Assembly (NCBI GenBank): GCA_963704645.1
Contig: OY969926.1
Location: 448,001 to 512,000, forward strand
Length of the DNA stretch: 64,000 nucleotides
Source: an uncultured bacterium
GTDB lineage: Bacteria; Patescibacteriota; JACMRA01
Direction: 5' to 3'
In this document: piece by piece, positions 1-9,709 of the stretch
How positions within the stretch are numbered: position 1 is the first letter of the stretch
Layout of the letters: each line of letters opens with the position of its first letter
Made by a program: the position numbers and the translations under genes
Notes under the pieces: model-generated
The model's input: the letters and a program-made list of their open reading frames with translations, nothing else
What the model was told of the DNA's origin: nothing
Database searches by the model: none

Positions 1-123
1 TTCTCTATTAAGGCTGTTGAACTAATTTTAGACAACTTGGTAACTTCTTACAACGAAGGTGTTCAAGCTGGAATTAGCCAAGCTATTGCTGAAGAAAAGA
101 AGGAAGTTGCTGTTAAAAATTAA
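1..123 (+). CDS. rpsB: 30S ribosomal protein S2, C-terminal end (partial)
   Basis: Frame 1 reads FSIKAVELILDNLVTSYNEG...KN-TAA, resembling the S2 terminal helix; it lies directly upstream of r-protein genes. Confidence 0.65.
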   Translation, partial: FSIKAVELILDNLVTSYNEGVQAGISQAIAEEKKEVAVKN

Positions 124-131
124 ATATTATT

Positions 132-335
132 ATGGCTCAGAAGCAAAAAAATAAAATTTTACTAATTAACACCGAAGTAGATCCAAAAACTGGAAGAAAA
201 GTTACACATAGATATGTTGTAAATAAATCTTTAGGTAAGGGTAAGCCAAATGGTGGAAAAGGTAAATTAGAATTAAAAAAATACAATCCAATTCTTAGGA
301 AGCACGTTTTGTATACAGAAACCAAATATAAATAA
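132..335 (+). CDS. rpmG: 50S ribosomal protein L33
   Basis: KLELKKYNPILRKHVLYTE motif. Confidence 0.93.
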   Translation: MAQKQKNKILLINTEVDPKTGRKVTHRYVVNKSLGKGKPNGGKGKLELKKYNPILRKHVLYTETKYK

Positions 336-336
336 T

Positions 337-549
337 ATGGCTTTAAAAAAAATGCGTAGTAAAACTAAGAAAAGTGTTTCCAAAAGACTTAAAGTTACCA
401 ATGGTGGCGATTTGCTAAAAGGAAAGCTTATTTTAAACAAAGCTGGTGATAATCACTACAATACCAGAAAATCAAGAAGTAGAACTATCAAAGCTAAACG
501 CGATGTTATTGCTGATAAAATTCATAATAAATTAAAAGCTGTTATATAA
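337..549 (+). CDS. rpmI: 50S ribosomal protein L35
   Basis: KMRSKTKKSVSKRLKVT; directly upstream of rplT. Confidence 0.9.
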   Translation: MALKKMRSKTKKSVSKRLKVTNGGDLLKGKLILNKAGDNHYNTRKSRSRTIKAKRDVIADKIHNKLKAVI

Positions 550-550
550 T

Positions 551-904
551 ATGTCTAGAGTTAAAAAAGGCGTTGCCGCACACAAGCACAGAAAATATTT
601 GTTAGACCGAGCTAAAGGTTTTATAAATGGTGCAAATTCCAAATTTAGATTAGCTAAAGAAAGATTATTGAAAGCTGAATCTAATGCTTACAAATCACGT
701 AAACTAAGAAAGAGAGATTTTAGAAGTTTATGGATTGTAAGAATTAATGGAGCTTTAGATCAAATTGGTAGCGATGTAAATTACAGCACATTTATTCACA
801 AATTATCTAATTCTGACATAAAGTTAAACAGAAAAGCTATTTCAGAAATTGCTATTAAAGATATTAATGCTTTCAAAGAAATTGTTGATAAAGTTTTAGT
901 ATAG
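551..904 (+). CDS. rplT: 50S ribosomal protein L20
   Basis: MSRVKKG...RKRDFRSLWIVRIN...LNRK. Confidence 0.98.
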   Translation: MSRVKKGVAAHKHRKYLLDRAKGFINGANSKFRLAKERLLKAESNAYKSRKLRKRDFRSLWIVRINGALDQIGSDVNYSTFIHKLSNSDIKLNRKAISEIAIKDINAFKEIVDKVLV

Positions 905-915
905 TTGTTTGGTAC

Positions 916-1758
916 ATGAAGTTCATTCTTCCTAAAACAAAACAAGAAATTTTGGCCCTTATTGGGCCTGTTTCTGTGTCTGAACAATTTGAATATTTAA
1001 AGTTCCATGCTGTTCGCTATAAGTATCTATTAGAAGTTGTAGCAAAGTATTTTCCTGTAGAGAGATCAGTTAATAAACAAAATACTCCAGAATTATTAGA
1101 TAAAAAAACTTTTGATGGGCCTGCCAACAACTCAGAAAACTTGAAAGACAAATTAGGTTCTGCTAATAACTTTAACTATAATAATCCGCTAAAAATTTTG
1201 GATATAGGAACTGGCTTTGAAGTAGACTTACTTCGCCATGTTTTTAAAGTGCCTATTCACACGGCTGGTTTTTATCATGCCGGTTGGCCAGTTTTGGAAG
1301 GTGAAAAGTTTTACGAATTAGATTTAAATAATACTGAGTTATTAGATAATGTTGTTAATCAAAAATATCCAATTATAATTATGGCGGAGGTAATTGAGCA
1401 TGTTCACACTGCCCCAGAATTAGTTTTAGCTGAGGTTAAAAAATGGCTTGAACCAAACGGTGTTTTAATAATTCAAACTCCAAATGCTGTGTCTCTTCCA
1501 AAAAGACTGAAAATGTTACTGGGAATTCAACCGTTCGAAAAAATTAGGCCTAATAAATTAAATCCTGGGCATTTTAGAGAGTATACCTTGACGGAATTAC
1601 ATAATATCTTAGCAGAGGTTGGATTAGAGGTTTTATACAGCTCTAGAAAAAACTATTTTTCTCCGAATAACACACTTCTTCAATTTCTATATTCTTTAGA
1701 ATTTCTATGGCCGCCAAGTTTAAGAACTGGTATTACGGTGGTGGTTAAGGGAAAATAG
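916..1758 (+). CDS. Class I SAM-dependent methyltransferase
   Basis: ILDIGTG, EVIEHV, LEPNGVLIIQTPN and HFREYT motifs. Confidence 0.88.
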   Translation: MKFILPKTKQEILALIGPVSVSEQFEYLKFHAVRYKYLLEVVAKYFPVERSVNKQNTPELLDKKTFDGPANNSENLKDKLGSANNFNYNNPLKILDIGTGFEVDLLRHVFKVPIHTAGFYHAGWPVLEGEKFYELDLNNTELLDNVVNQKYPIIIMAEVIEHVHTAPELVLAEVKKWLEPNGVLIIQTPNAVSLPKRLKMLLGIQPFEKIRPNKLNPGHFREYTLTELHNILAEVGLEVLYSSRKNYFSPNNTLLQFLYSLEFLWPPSLRTGITVVVKGK

Positions 1759-1812
1759 TTTTGTTATACTCTCGACCTAAAGTATTACTAAAAACTGATA
1801 ATATTACTTTTT

Positions 1813-2217
1813 TTAATCAAATATATTTTTATTTATAACTAGTTTAGTTTCCCTACTATAGCCTTCAAAAACAGAGACTGATAAACATGCAATATCTTTT
1901 AATGTTTTATAGCCAGATTCTTTCAGATAATTAGGAAAATATTCTACAAAAAAATTGCATAAAGACTCGGTCGAACAAGATTTTTTAGAAAGCCTACTGT
2001 CAGTATTTAGTTTATCTGGTAAAGTTTCGACAAATCTTCCTAAGTATTTTTGAAATTCTACTGTATCAATACCGTATTCTGAAGTGTTAAAATGACTATT
2101 TATATTTCCCGAAAGTTCAAAATTGACTATAAACTCATGGGAATGATAATCATTTGTAAAAGGTGGGTTGTAATGTTTTCGTTCAAATATATATTTGATG
2201 TTGTAAGTGTAAGTCAT
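1813..2217 (-). CDS. QueD/6-pyruvoyl-tetrahydropterin synthase-like T-fold protein (divergent)
   Basis: H...HSH zinc motif, STESL, and terminal VSVFE. Confidence 0.6.
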   Translation of the reverse strand: MTYTYNIKYIFERKHYNPPFTNDYHSHEFIVNFELSGNINSHFNTSEYGIDTVEFQKYLGRFVETLPDKLNTDSRLSKKSCSTESLCNFFVEYFPNYLKESGYKTLKDIACLSVSVFEGYSRETKLVINKNIFD

Positions 2218-2220
2218 AAT

Positions 2221-3108
2221 TTATTTTTTGCATGATATTAACGGAACGGTTGGTTGAGTTTTATTATCTGAATCACTAAGTTTTAATTCTGGTGAGTTGC
2301 GTAAGTTAATGGGAAGTCTTGGGTCGGTTACACCAATTACTGGAAACTTATATTTTTTACAGGCTGCGTCTCCTATGGAAAGATATTGGGCTAAATTGTA
2401 AATTACTTTATTTCTTGCGCATTCCTCCAAACTAATTTCTTGACCAACAGCTAGCAGTCTGGAATGCAACATGGCAATCCTTTCCGATTCTATACCAACT
2501 GTGTATGCTATCATCCTATTTAGCTTATCTGAGTCAGAGTTCTTTAGCTCTAAATTAGATTCTATTTGCTCAATGTAGTTTTTCTCTAAAGCAGAGATAT
2601 CTTGCTTGCCGCAAAATTCACTCATGAAAGTGGTTATATTTATAGGAATTCCAGATAGGCTTGGATGATAGTTTAAATATTCTTCAAGGGCTTGTTTTGA
2701 CGACATAATATTACTTAAAAAAGTTATAGGAGTTTCGTTCATTGTATTAAGAATGTTTTCGTCACCTACTTCTTGGTCTGCTATAAGAATTTTTATTTGG
2801 AACGGTATTTCGGATTGAGCTAAGCCTTGTATAAATTCTGCTGTTCCATCGATAGTTTGTTTGGCCATTGTCGGAACGCCATTTTTCATAGATTTGTAAT
2901 CTGTTTTACCATTTGTCTCTGAGTACTCAGGGCAAGTTGGAATTAAATAAGTAATTGGCTCTTCTGGTGTAGCCTTAACAGCGTATTGATATAAAAGATT
3001 TTGATAAGTTCTAGAAATTTCGTGTAAATTTTCTGTTTTCTTCAAAAAGTCTATAAATTTTCTAGCTCTTAAAATTGTTGGGGTTTCGATAGTCGGTCTT
3101 TCAGACAT
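2221..3108 (-). CDS. Hypothetical enzyme with CPEY and ADQE motifs
   Basis: 295-aa ORF ending 3 nt before the QueD-like gene; family not recognised. Confidence 0.6.
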   Translation of the reverse strand: MSERPTIETPTILRARKFIDFLKKTENLHEISRTYQNLLYQYAVKATPEEPITYLIPTCPEYSETNGKTDYKSMKNGVPTMAKQTIDGTAEFIQGLAQSEIPFQIKILIADQEVGDENILNTMNETPITFLSNIMSSKQALEEYLNYHPSLSGIPINITTFMSEFCGKQDISALEKNYIEQIESNLELKNSDSDKLNRMIAYTVGIESERIAMLHSRLLAVGQEISLEECARNKVIYNLAQYLSIGDAACKKYKFPVIGVTDPRLPINLRNSPELKLSDSDNKTQPTVPLISCKK

Positions 3109-3157
3109 ATATTTTTGGTTAAATTGTTGTTAAATTATTTTTCAATAAATTTTGGGA

Positions 3158-3272
3158 ATAAAAAACACCTCCCAAAGGGAGGCAAATTAGCTTTTTAAAA
3201 AGTATTTAAACACTAAGAAATTCCTCCCGGGTTACGGAAGATTTGCCAAAGGTTTAATACTTTAAAAGCCAT
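3158..3272 (-). promoter_or_regulatory. Leader-peptide transcription attenuator
   Basis: 19-aa uORF at 3272-3213; terminator GCCTCCC-TTT-GGGAGGT plus U-run at 3183-3158; alternative partner GGGAGGAATTT inside the uORF. Confidence 0.7.
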
Positions 3273-3396
3273 AAATGCTGTAAAAGGTATATTTTTGGTT
3301 TTGTCAACAATAGCAACCTCTGGCTTAAAAGTGGTTTTGATCTTATTTTTTGACTGTACTGTCTATATTTGGCTACTTTAAATTAACACCAAATAT

Positions 3397-4257
3397 ATGA
3401 AAACAATATACATCTGTTCCCCTTCAGCACCTTTTACTTTAGATACCAACTTAATTGAACAAGGTAAAAATAATTTACAAAAACTGGGTTTTGAGGTAAT
3501 TTTTAGTTCTAATATTTTGGCCAATACTGGCAATACAGCAGGCACTATTGGGCAAAGAGTCGCCGATTTAGAAGAAGGTTTATTTAACTCAAAGGTAGAT
3601 ATTATTTTACCAACAAGGGGAGGGTTTAATTCGAACGAAATTCTTCCCCATTTAAATTTTTCTAAAATTAAAGAAGAATCGGGTAAGAAAATTTTTTGTG
3701 GTTATAGTGACAATACAACTTTGGTAAACAATTTATTTACTAAGGCAAATATGCAAACCATTTACGGTTTAAATTTTAAAGATGTATGTTTGTTAGAAAC
3801 ATCAGCCCTTGAACAGTGGCATAAAACAATAAACAATGTAGAAAATTTTTCTGGTTTTTACAGATCACTTGCGTCAAGCGTATTCAGGCCTGGAAAGGCT
3901 AAAGGCAAGTTAATTGGTGGCAATTTAGCTGTAATGTGTTGGTTAATTGGCACTCCATATGAAGTTGTAATTAACCAAGGTGATATTTTATTTTTAGAAG
4001 ATGACTTGGAAACCAACAGCTATTACTGGCAAATGTATTTAGTTCACTTAAAGCAGGCAGGCGCTTTCGACAAAATTTCTGGATTAATTTTTGGTAAGCT
4101 TTTGCCAGAAACCTATTTTCCTGAAGGCCAAACTTTTCTTGATATTTTGGAAGATGTTGTAGGCCAATACTCTTTCCCTGTTTGGCTGAATGCCGATTTT
4201 GGGCATATAGAAAACCCCATAAGCATTCCCCTTGGAATAAGTTTTACAATGAATTAG
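3397..4257 (+). CDS. LD-carboxypeptidase, peptidase S66 family
   Basis: RGG, GYSDNT, GGNL, ILFLED and FGH motifs. Confidence 0.92.
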   Translation: MKTIYICSPSAPFTLDTNLIEQGKNNLQKLGFEVIFSSNILANTGNTAGTIGQRVADLEEGLFNSKVDIILPTRGGFNSNEILPHLNFSKIKEESGKKIFCGYSDNTTLVNNLFTKANMQTIYGLNFKDVCLLETSALEQWHKTINNVENFSGFYRSLASSVFRPGKAKGKLIGGNLAVMCWLIGTPYEVVINQGDILFLEDDLETNSYYWQMYLVHLKQAGAFDKISGLIFGKLLPETYFPEGQTFLDILEDVVGQYSFPVWLNADFGHIENPISIPLGISFTMN

Positions 4258-4461
4258 TTAACTTATTAGATATTCTAATTCTTGCTCATTGTAAGATAGT
4301 TGAAGTTTAGTTATATTATTTAGCTGTAAATTTGCTATTTATACTATTTCGATCATATTTTACAAGTTATTTAATTCATAGGTATAAGGACAAGCTCTGA
4401 CATTCATTTTATACAGTTTACCTTGACAAACTAAGCCTAAAAAGACACTTTTTAATGGCAC

Positions 4462-4537
4462 GGATTCGTAGCTCAGTTGGTAGAGCAGAAGACTCTTAAT
4501 CTTTTGGTCGTGGGTTCGACTCCCACCGGATCCACCA
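4462..4537 (+). tRNA. tRNA-Lys(CTT)
   Basis: Cloverleaf; anticodon loop CTCTTAA; GTTCGAC; encoded CCA. Confidence 0.97.
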
Positions 4538-4637
4538 AACAAAAATATAATCGAGATAAATCTCATTTCAAAAGTAAAAAAAGATGTGGAGTGGCTTTAA
4601 CAGCTGGTTATTCAAACAATTAATTAAAATATTTTAT

Positions 4638-5351
4638 ATGTCAGTTGAACTTCATCGCCCACTCGTTTTACATTACGAAACAGCCGCAGAAATGTATAAG
4701 CAAGCAGAAGAAATGGCAGTAAGACAAATTTTAGATACCACTGCCGAAGTTGGTATTGCAAGAATTGCTTTAGCTGGAGGAACTACGCCTTTGCCATTGT
4801 ACGAATTAATGGCAGTCGACCCAATTTTTCCTTGGCATGAAGTTGAATTCTATCAAACCGATGAAAGATACACAGAACCAACCTCTGATAGTTCTAATCA
4901 ATTTAATATTAGAAAGGCTTTTGGACAAGAAACTTTAGATCTTGCACGTGCTTTTAGGCCATTCAATGTTTCTTTGACTCCAGAATTAGCTGTAAAATCT
5001 TACCATGAAGAACTAGACGATTTAGACGGTAAAATGTTCGATTTAGTTATTTTAGGCGTAGGCGATGATGGGCATATTGCTTCACTTTTCCCTGAAGGTA
5101 ATTATTTAAAACATCAGCCAAAACACACAATTTTAACTTCCGCTCCTGCTAGTTTGGTTGCAGAACAAAGACTTTCCTTAACAATAGAAGCAATTTTGAA
5201 TAGTGAAATGGTTTTAGTTTTACTAAAAGGTTCAGATAAGCGTGAAGTTGTAGCTGAAATGCTAGAAGGCAGAAAAAAAGGTTTCGAGTTCCCAGCTAAA
5301 TTTTTGTTAGCTCACCCTAACTTAAAAATTTTCCAGACATACGAAGATTAA
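4638..5351 (+). CDS. pgl: 6-phosphogluconolactonase
   Basis: ALAGGTTP, DERY and LGVGDDGHIASLFP; start moved to ATG 4638. Confidence 0.93.
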   Translation: MSVELHRPLVLHYETAAEMYKQAEEMAVRQILDTTAEVGIARIALAGGTTPLPLYELMAVDPIFPWHEVEFYQTDERYTEPTSDSSNQFNIRKAFGQETLDLARAFRPFNVSLTPELAVKSYHEELDDLDGKMFDLVILGVGDDGHIASLFPEGNYLKHQPKHTILTSAPASLVAEQRLSLTIEAILNSEMVLVLLKGSDKREVVAEMLEGRKKGFEFPAKFLLAHPNLKIFQTYED

Positions 5352-5428
5352 TTAAAAGTAAAGTTTTAGGCTTTACAAATATATTCAACTTGTTAATTAG
5401 TTAGTCTATTCCTTAGGGAAAATAAATA

Positions 5429-5836
5429 ATGGACATTCGTATATGGTTAGGCCCAGATTTTTGCGCTAACAATTCTTTTCGTTCCTTGCAATGTTGTACA
5501 AACCTCAATGCAGATTCTATTCTATTAGAAATGGTTTTGGAAATTCTAAATACGCAAGTTGTAGGACTAAATCTTGAAGGGATTTTAATTATAAACAATT
5601 TAGTTAAAATTAAATTTGGGAAAATTGATAACTGTAACTTAAATGATAGGGGTGTTGATATTATAGTTGGCGGTAAATATTTTTATAATGAAGAAAGGGA
5701 GAATTGGGTGTTTATTTCTAGCCAAATAATATTCAACAAAGACAAATTTGCCTTGGCAGAAGGTCTTGAAATTTCCGGGGTTAATTATCTAAAATACATT
5801 CTTCCTAACAACTTTTTTTTATTAGAAAATATTTAA
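5429..5836 (+). CDS. Hypothetical protein
   Basis: 135-aa ORF followed by a terminator. Confidence 0.55.
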   Translation: MDIRIWLGPDFCANNSFRSLQCCTNLNADSILLEMVLEILNTQVVGLNLEGILIINNLVKIKFGKIDNCNLNDRGVDIIVGGKYFYNEERENWVFISSQIIFNKDKFALAEGLEISGVNYLKYILPNNFFLLENI

Positions 5837-5847
5837 TTATTTTAAAT

Positions 5848-5882
5848 TGATAACAGGTAGCCATCCCTGTTTTTTTATTGGG
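5848..5882 (+). terminator. Intrinsic terminator, near-duplicated at about 6310-6342
   Basis: GATAACAGGTA-loop-CCCTGTTTTTTTATTGGG occurs after two consecutive ORFs. Confidence 0.7.
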
Positions 5883-5955
5883 GGGATTTTTTGACCATCT
5901 CAGTATTTTGTGCTTGAATTAGTTTATTCAGATTCAATATTGCAGGTAAAAATTA

Positions 5956-6300
5956 ATGGTTAAAGTTTTGTTTATTGGTGGAAACGAGTTAACAAAAAAT
6001 AAATTTTCAGAGGCTTCCAAGCTAAATAACTTAGCTTTTATTCCATTTCCAACTAGCTCACCAATTGATCCGATGCTGGTTTACTTAGAAAGTGATTGGA
6101 TTTTGGTTGCGCCCTATGCCGCTCATGATGAGTTATATACTCAGATGCGCCTAAGGAATATACCTATTCCCGCTGGATTCTTTGTTCAGTACGAAGGAAA
6201 CACTGAAATAACTACTTCTCTTGAATTTCTTTCAATGCAAAAAGACGCGAGCTTAGTGCAAACAGCCCTGCAACTTTGCGAAGTAGCTCGAGCAGCTTAG
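5956..6300 (+). CDS. Hypothetical protein, possibly a degenerate receiver-like fold
   Basis: Starts VKVLFIGGN; has its own TTGACC upstream and a terminator. Confidence 0.55.
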   Translation: MVKVLFIGGNELTKNKFSEASKLNNLAFIPFPTSSPIDPMLVYLESDWILVAPYAAHDELYTQMRLRNIPIPAGFFVQYEGNTEITTSLEFLSMQKDASLVQTALQLCEVARAA

Positions 6301-6462
6301 ATTCTATAGATAACAGGTATTCAGCCCTGTTTTTTTATTGGGTAAGTTTTAACAACTGGAATTACTAATCCAAAATTAGAATAGGCTTTGACAAAAGCTT
6401 GTTTTTAGGAAAATAATTTAGAGTTGGGTTTCATTTTTACATTTAATTTAGAGGCAGAAATG

Positions 6463-6882
6463 CAGTGTTATGTATTTTGTTTACTAGTGGAAGATACAAT
6501 TAAAAACAACCTTTTAGTTAAATTTTTTAAAGAGTTGTCGGTTAAAGTTAGAAGGTCAACAGACACTTCACTTCCTGAAAATTTTAATATTCATTATGCT
6601 GATGATATTGATCATCTTTTGCAGCAGTTAAAAAAAATTGATTGCGACAGCGAAATTACCATTGTTCATAATTGGTATTTTTCTGAAAATTTGATTAATT
6701 TAAGAAATCAGGGTTGGTTGGGAGACAAATGTTATTTAGTTCAACTTATGTTCCATAGAAATGAAGGTGATAGTGGAATATTTTATTCTGCTGACATCCG
6801 TAAAGCACATAAAGATGATGAGCTTAGTCCAATCGCAAAAAAAATTGTCTCACTCAACACGTCAACATTCAGCGACATTTAG
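6463..6882 (+). CDS. Hypothetical protein, possibly a degenerate receiver-like fold
   Basis: CLLVED first strand; GAGG precedes ATG 6463. Confidence 0.55.
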   Translation, partial: QCYVFCLLVEDTIKNNLLVKFFKELSVKVRRSTDTSLPENFNIHYADDIDHLLQQLKKIDCDSEITIVHNWYFSENLINLRNQGWLGDKCYLVQLMFHRNEGDSGIFYSADIRKAHKDDELSPIAKKIVSLNTSTFSDI

Positions 6883-6946
6883 TTTTTGACAATATTCATT
6901 GTTCTTCACTTCCTAGAAATAGGAAGTTTATTTTTGGAGTAAAATT

Positions 6947-7405
6947 GTGGTGGGAGCAGATGTTAAAATTATTGTGTTTTCTGAAAATACATTTTTAAAA
7001 GATAGTATTGATTCATTTTTGGCTTTGAAAAGTAGCAACTATGACTGTGGTATTTCGTCTGTTTTCTTTAAAAAAGGGTTCTCCTTTTCTGACGCTACTT
7101 ATGCATTTCAATCATATCCAAATTCAAAAACTGGGTTTATTGTTTTTATAGATTTAACTTTGGCAAAAACTGATTTCGATATAAATGTACTTGTTGAATT
7201 TTTTCAAAAAAGTAGCTTGCTTTTTGCTCCAATTTTTATTGTAGAAAGCGCTGAAGATGCACTAAGTTTGACTAAGTTTAGCTGGATGATTAGCCCACGC
7301 TGTAACTTAATTGCCAGTACCTTGAAAGACGAAATTAATTTTGCTGGCTTTAGTTTTTTTGCTCAGCTAAATTCTAATATTAATAGCTTGCTGAGTATTT
7401 TGTAG
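6947..7405 (+). CDS. Hypothetical protein, possibly a degenerate receiver-like fold
   Basis: KIIVFSEN, IVFIDL and APIFIV strand pattern; GGAG upstream. Confidence 0.55.
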   Translation: MVGADVKIIVFSENTFLKDSIDSFLALKSSNYDCGISSVFFKKGFSFSDATYAFQSYPNSKTGFIVFIDLTLAKTDFDINVLVEFFQKSSLLFAPIFIVESAEDALSLTKFSWMISPRCNLIASTLKDEINFAGFSFFAQLNSNINSLLSIL

Positions 7406-7533
7406 TTAGTGGAAATTTTTCTATGCGCCTCTGTTTTTACGGAGGCTTTTATTTATTTCTAAAGAATTTATTTATTTTAAACTTGAACACAAAAAACTTG
7501 ACAATCATCAACCAAAATAGCAATTTTAAGTAT

Positions 7534-9606
7534 ATGTCAGATAACTACGGAGCAGATCAGATTACGGTTTTAGAAGGTTTAGAGGCGGTTAGAAAAAGAC
7601 CAGGAATGTATATTGGAAATACAGGAAAAGACGGGCTTCACCGCTGTATAGATGAAATTGTAGCAAACTCTGTAGATGAATACATGGCCAACCATGGTTC
7701 TAAAATTAAGCTGGTAATTACTAAAGATCAGGGTATTTACGTAGCCGATGACGGGCGTGGAATTCCAACTGATATTCACAGTAAAACTGGTAAAAGTGCT
7801 TTGGAAACAATTTTAACCGTGCTTCACGCTGGTGGTAAATTTGATCAAAAGAATTACCGTTTTTCTGGGGGTTTGCATGGTGTAGGTGCTTCTGTTGTAA
7901 ACGCATTGTCTTCAATTATGAGAGTTTGGGTTTTGAGAAATGAAATGGTGCACTTTATGGAATTTAGCAAAGGTAAAACAGTTATAGATATTACCTTAAT
8001 GAGTCAGAAAGAGTTTGAGGAAAAATACCCAGAAGTTGCTGTTCACCAAGTTTGGGATAAAACAGGAACAATAACTTTCTTTCAACCTGATAAAACAATT
8101 TTTGAAACAACAATTTTTGATATTAAAGAAATTTCCACTAATTTTAGACAAACTGCTTATTTGAATAAGGGGTTACATTTAACCCTAGAAGACCAAACTG
8201 TTGAACCATATACTGTAGAAGTTTTTGATTTCCCTAATGGAATTTATACCTACTTAGAACATTTAACAGAGGGTGAAGCTTTAAATACTCCAATTATTAT
8301 GTTAGAAGGTGAGCTAGATAATTTCCAGTTTGAAGCTGCATTAGCTTATGGTCCAGACTACTCAGAAAAAATGTTTGCTTTTACTAATGGTATTATTAAC
8401 CCAGAGCATGGAGCCCACGTTACAGGTTTTAAAACTGCCTTAACCAAGCTTGTTAACAGTCATGCTATAAATAAGAATGTCTTTAAAAAAGATGAAAGAT
8501 TTTCTAGCGACGATTTAAAAGAAGGTATGCGCGTTGTAATTTCTATTAAAATGGCAGACCCGCAATTTACTTCTCAAAGCAAGGTGAAACTTGGTTCAAC
8601 CATTGCTAGAACTTTAGTAGATAAAATTTTCAGCGACCGTTTTGGAACATATTTAGAAGAAAACCCAAATATTGCCATGGCCATTATTCAAAAGGCAAGT
8701 TTGGCAATGAGAGCAAGGTTGGCGGCCAAGGCAGCAAGGGAAAACGTTTTAAGAAAAGGTGTTTTAGAAAGTACTTCTTTGCCAGGTAAGTTAGCAGATT
8801 GTTCCGATAAAGATCCTTCCAAATGTGAAATATTTATTGTAGAAGGAGACTCGGCTGGAGGTTCGGCTAAACAAGGAAGAGATAGACATACCCAGGCAAT
8901 TTTACCGCTTCGTGGAAAAGTTTTGAACACAGAAAAAGCTACTTTAGATAAAATTTTGAATTACGAAGGTATTAAGAACATGATTATTGCTTTTGGTTGT
9001 GGCATTGGTGAAAAATTTGATATTACCAAAATTAGATATCACAAAATAGTATTAATGGCCGATGCGGACGTTGACGGTGCTCACATTGCTACATTGCTTT
9101 TAACTTTCCTTTACCGCTACATGCCAGCCTTAATAGAGGAAGGTTACATTTACATGGCTAGACCACCACTTTACCGTGTAAGTTGGGGTAAGCAGTTAGA
9201 ATACGTTTATTCTGATATAGAAAAAGACGCTGTTGTTTCCAGAATATTAGCCGCAGGGGGAAAGCTTCCTAAGGCTGATGAAGTTGTTGATGATGAAAAC
9301 GTTTCTGAAAACAATGAAACCGATTTAGCTTCTGGTTTAGATATTACCACAGATGCAGCGCCAGTGAAAGCTAAAAAAGCACCTAAAATTGAAATCCAGC
9401 GTTATAAAGGGTTGGGTGAAATGAGCGCAACACAATTATGGGATACAACTATGGATCCTGAAAAGCGTATGTTATGGCAAGTAACAGTGGGTGAAGCAGC
9501 TATAGCTAACCAAGTTTTTGAAGATTTAATGGGAAGTGACGTTGAGCCAAGACGTAAATTTATTCAAGAAAACGCCGTCTTCGTAGAAATTGACGACATC
9601 GGGTAG
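7534..9606 (+). CDS. gyrB: DNA gyrase subunit B
   Basis: EAVRKRPGMYIG, DDGRGIP, GGLHGVG, EGDSAGG, PLRGK, DADVDG and RYKGLGEM; start ATG 7534. Confidence 0.95.
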   Translation: MSDNYGADQITVLEGLEAVRKRPGMYIGNTGKDGLHRCIDEIVANSVDEYMANHGSKIKLVITKDQGIYVADDGRGIPTDIHSKTGKSALETILTVLHAGGKFDQKNYRFSGGLHGVGASVVNALSSIMRVWVLRNEMVHFMEFSKGKTVIDITLMSQKEFEEKYPEVAVHQVWDKTGTITFFQPDKTIFETTIFDIKEISTNFRQTAYLNKGLHLTLEDQTVEPYTVEVFDFPNGIYTYLEHLTEGEALNTPIIMLEGELDNFQFEAALAYGPDYSEKMFAFTNGIINPEHGAHVTGFKTALTKLVNSHAINKNVFKKDERFSSDDLKEGMRVVISIKMADPQFTSQSKVKLGSTIARTLVDKIFSDRFGTYLEENPNIAMAIIQKASLAMRARLAAKAARENVLRKGVLESTSLPGKLADCSDKDPSKCEIFIVEGDSAGGSAKQGRDRHTQAILPLRGKVLNTEKATLDKILNYEGIKNMIIAFGCGIGEKFDITKIRYHKIVLMADADVDGAHIATLLLTFLYRYMPALIEEGYIYMARPPLYRVSWGKQLEYVYSDIEKDAVVSRILAAGGKLPKADEVVDDENVSENNETDLASGLDITTDAAPVKAKKAPKIEIQRYKGLGEMSATQLWDTTMDPEKRMLWQVTVGEAAIANQVFEDLMGSDVEPRRKFIQENAVFVEIDDIG

Positions 9607-9709
9607 GGTGAATCTTATAATTTGATGTGGCGGCGAAGTTTACGAGCCATAAACCTTGAATATAAATCAGCTTGTTTAACAAAATTATCTTAAACTAAAA
9701 TTAAATTCA

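Noticed and set aside
3109-3310. preQ1 riboswitch upstream of the QueD-like operon
   Set aside because: No recognisable preQ1 aptamer; a uORF attenuator explains the structure better
5429-7405. Integron cassette array
   Set aside because: The spacers look like terminators and promoters rather than attC sites, and there is no integrase
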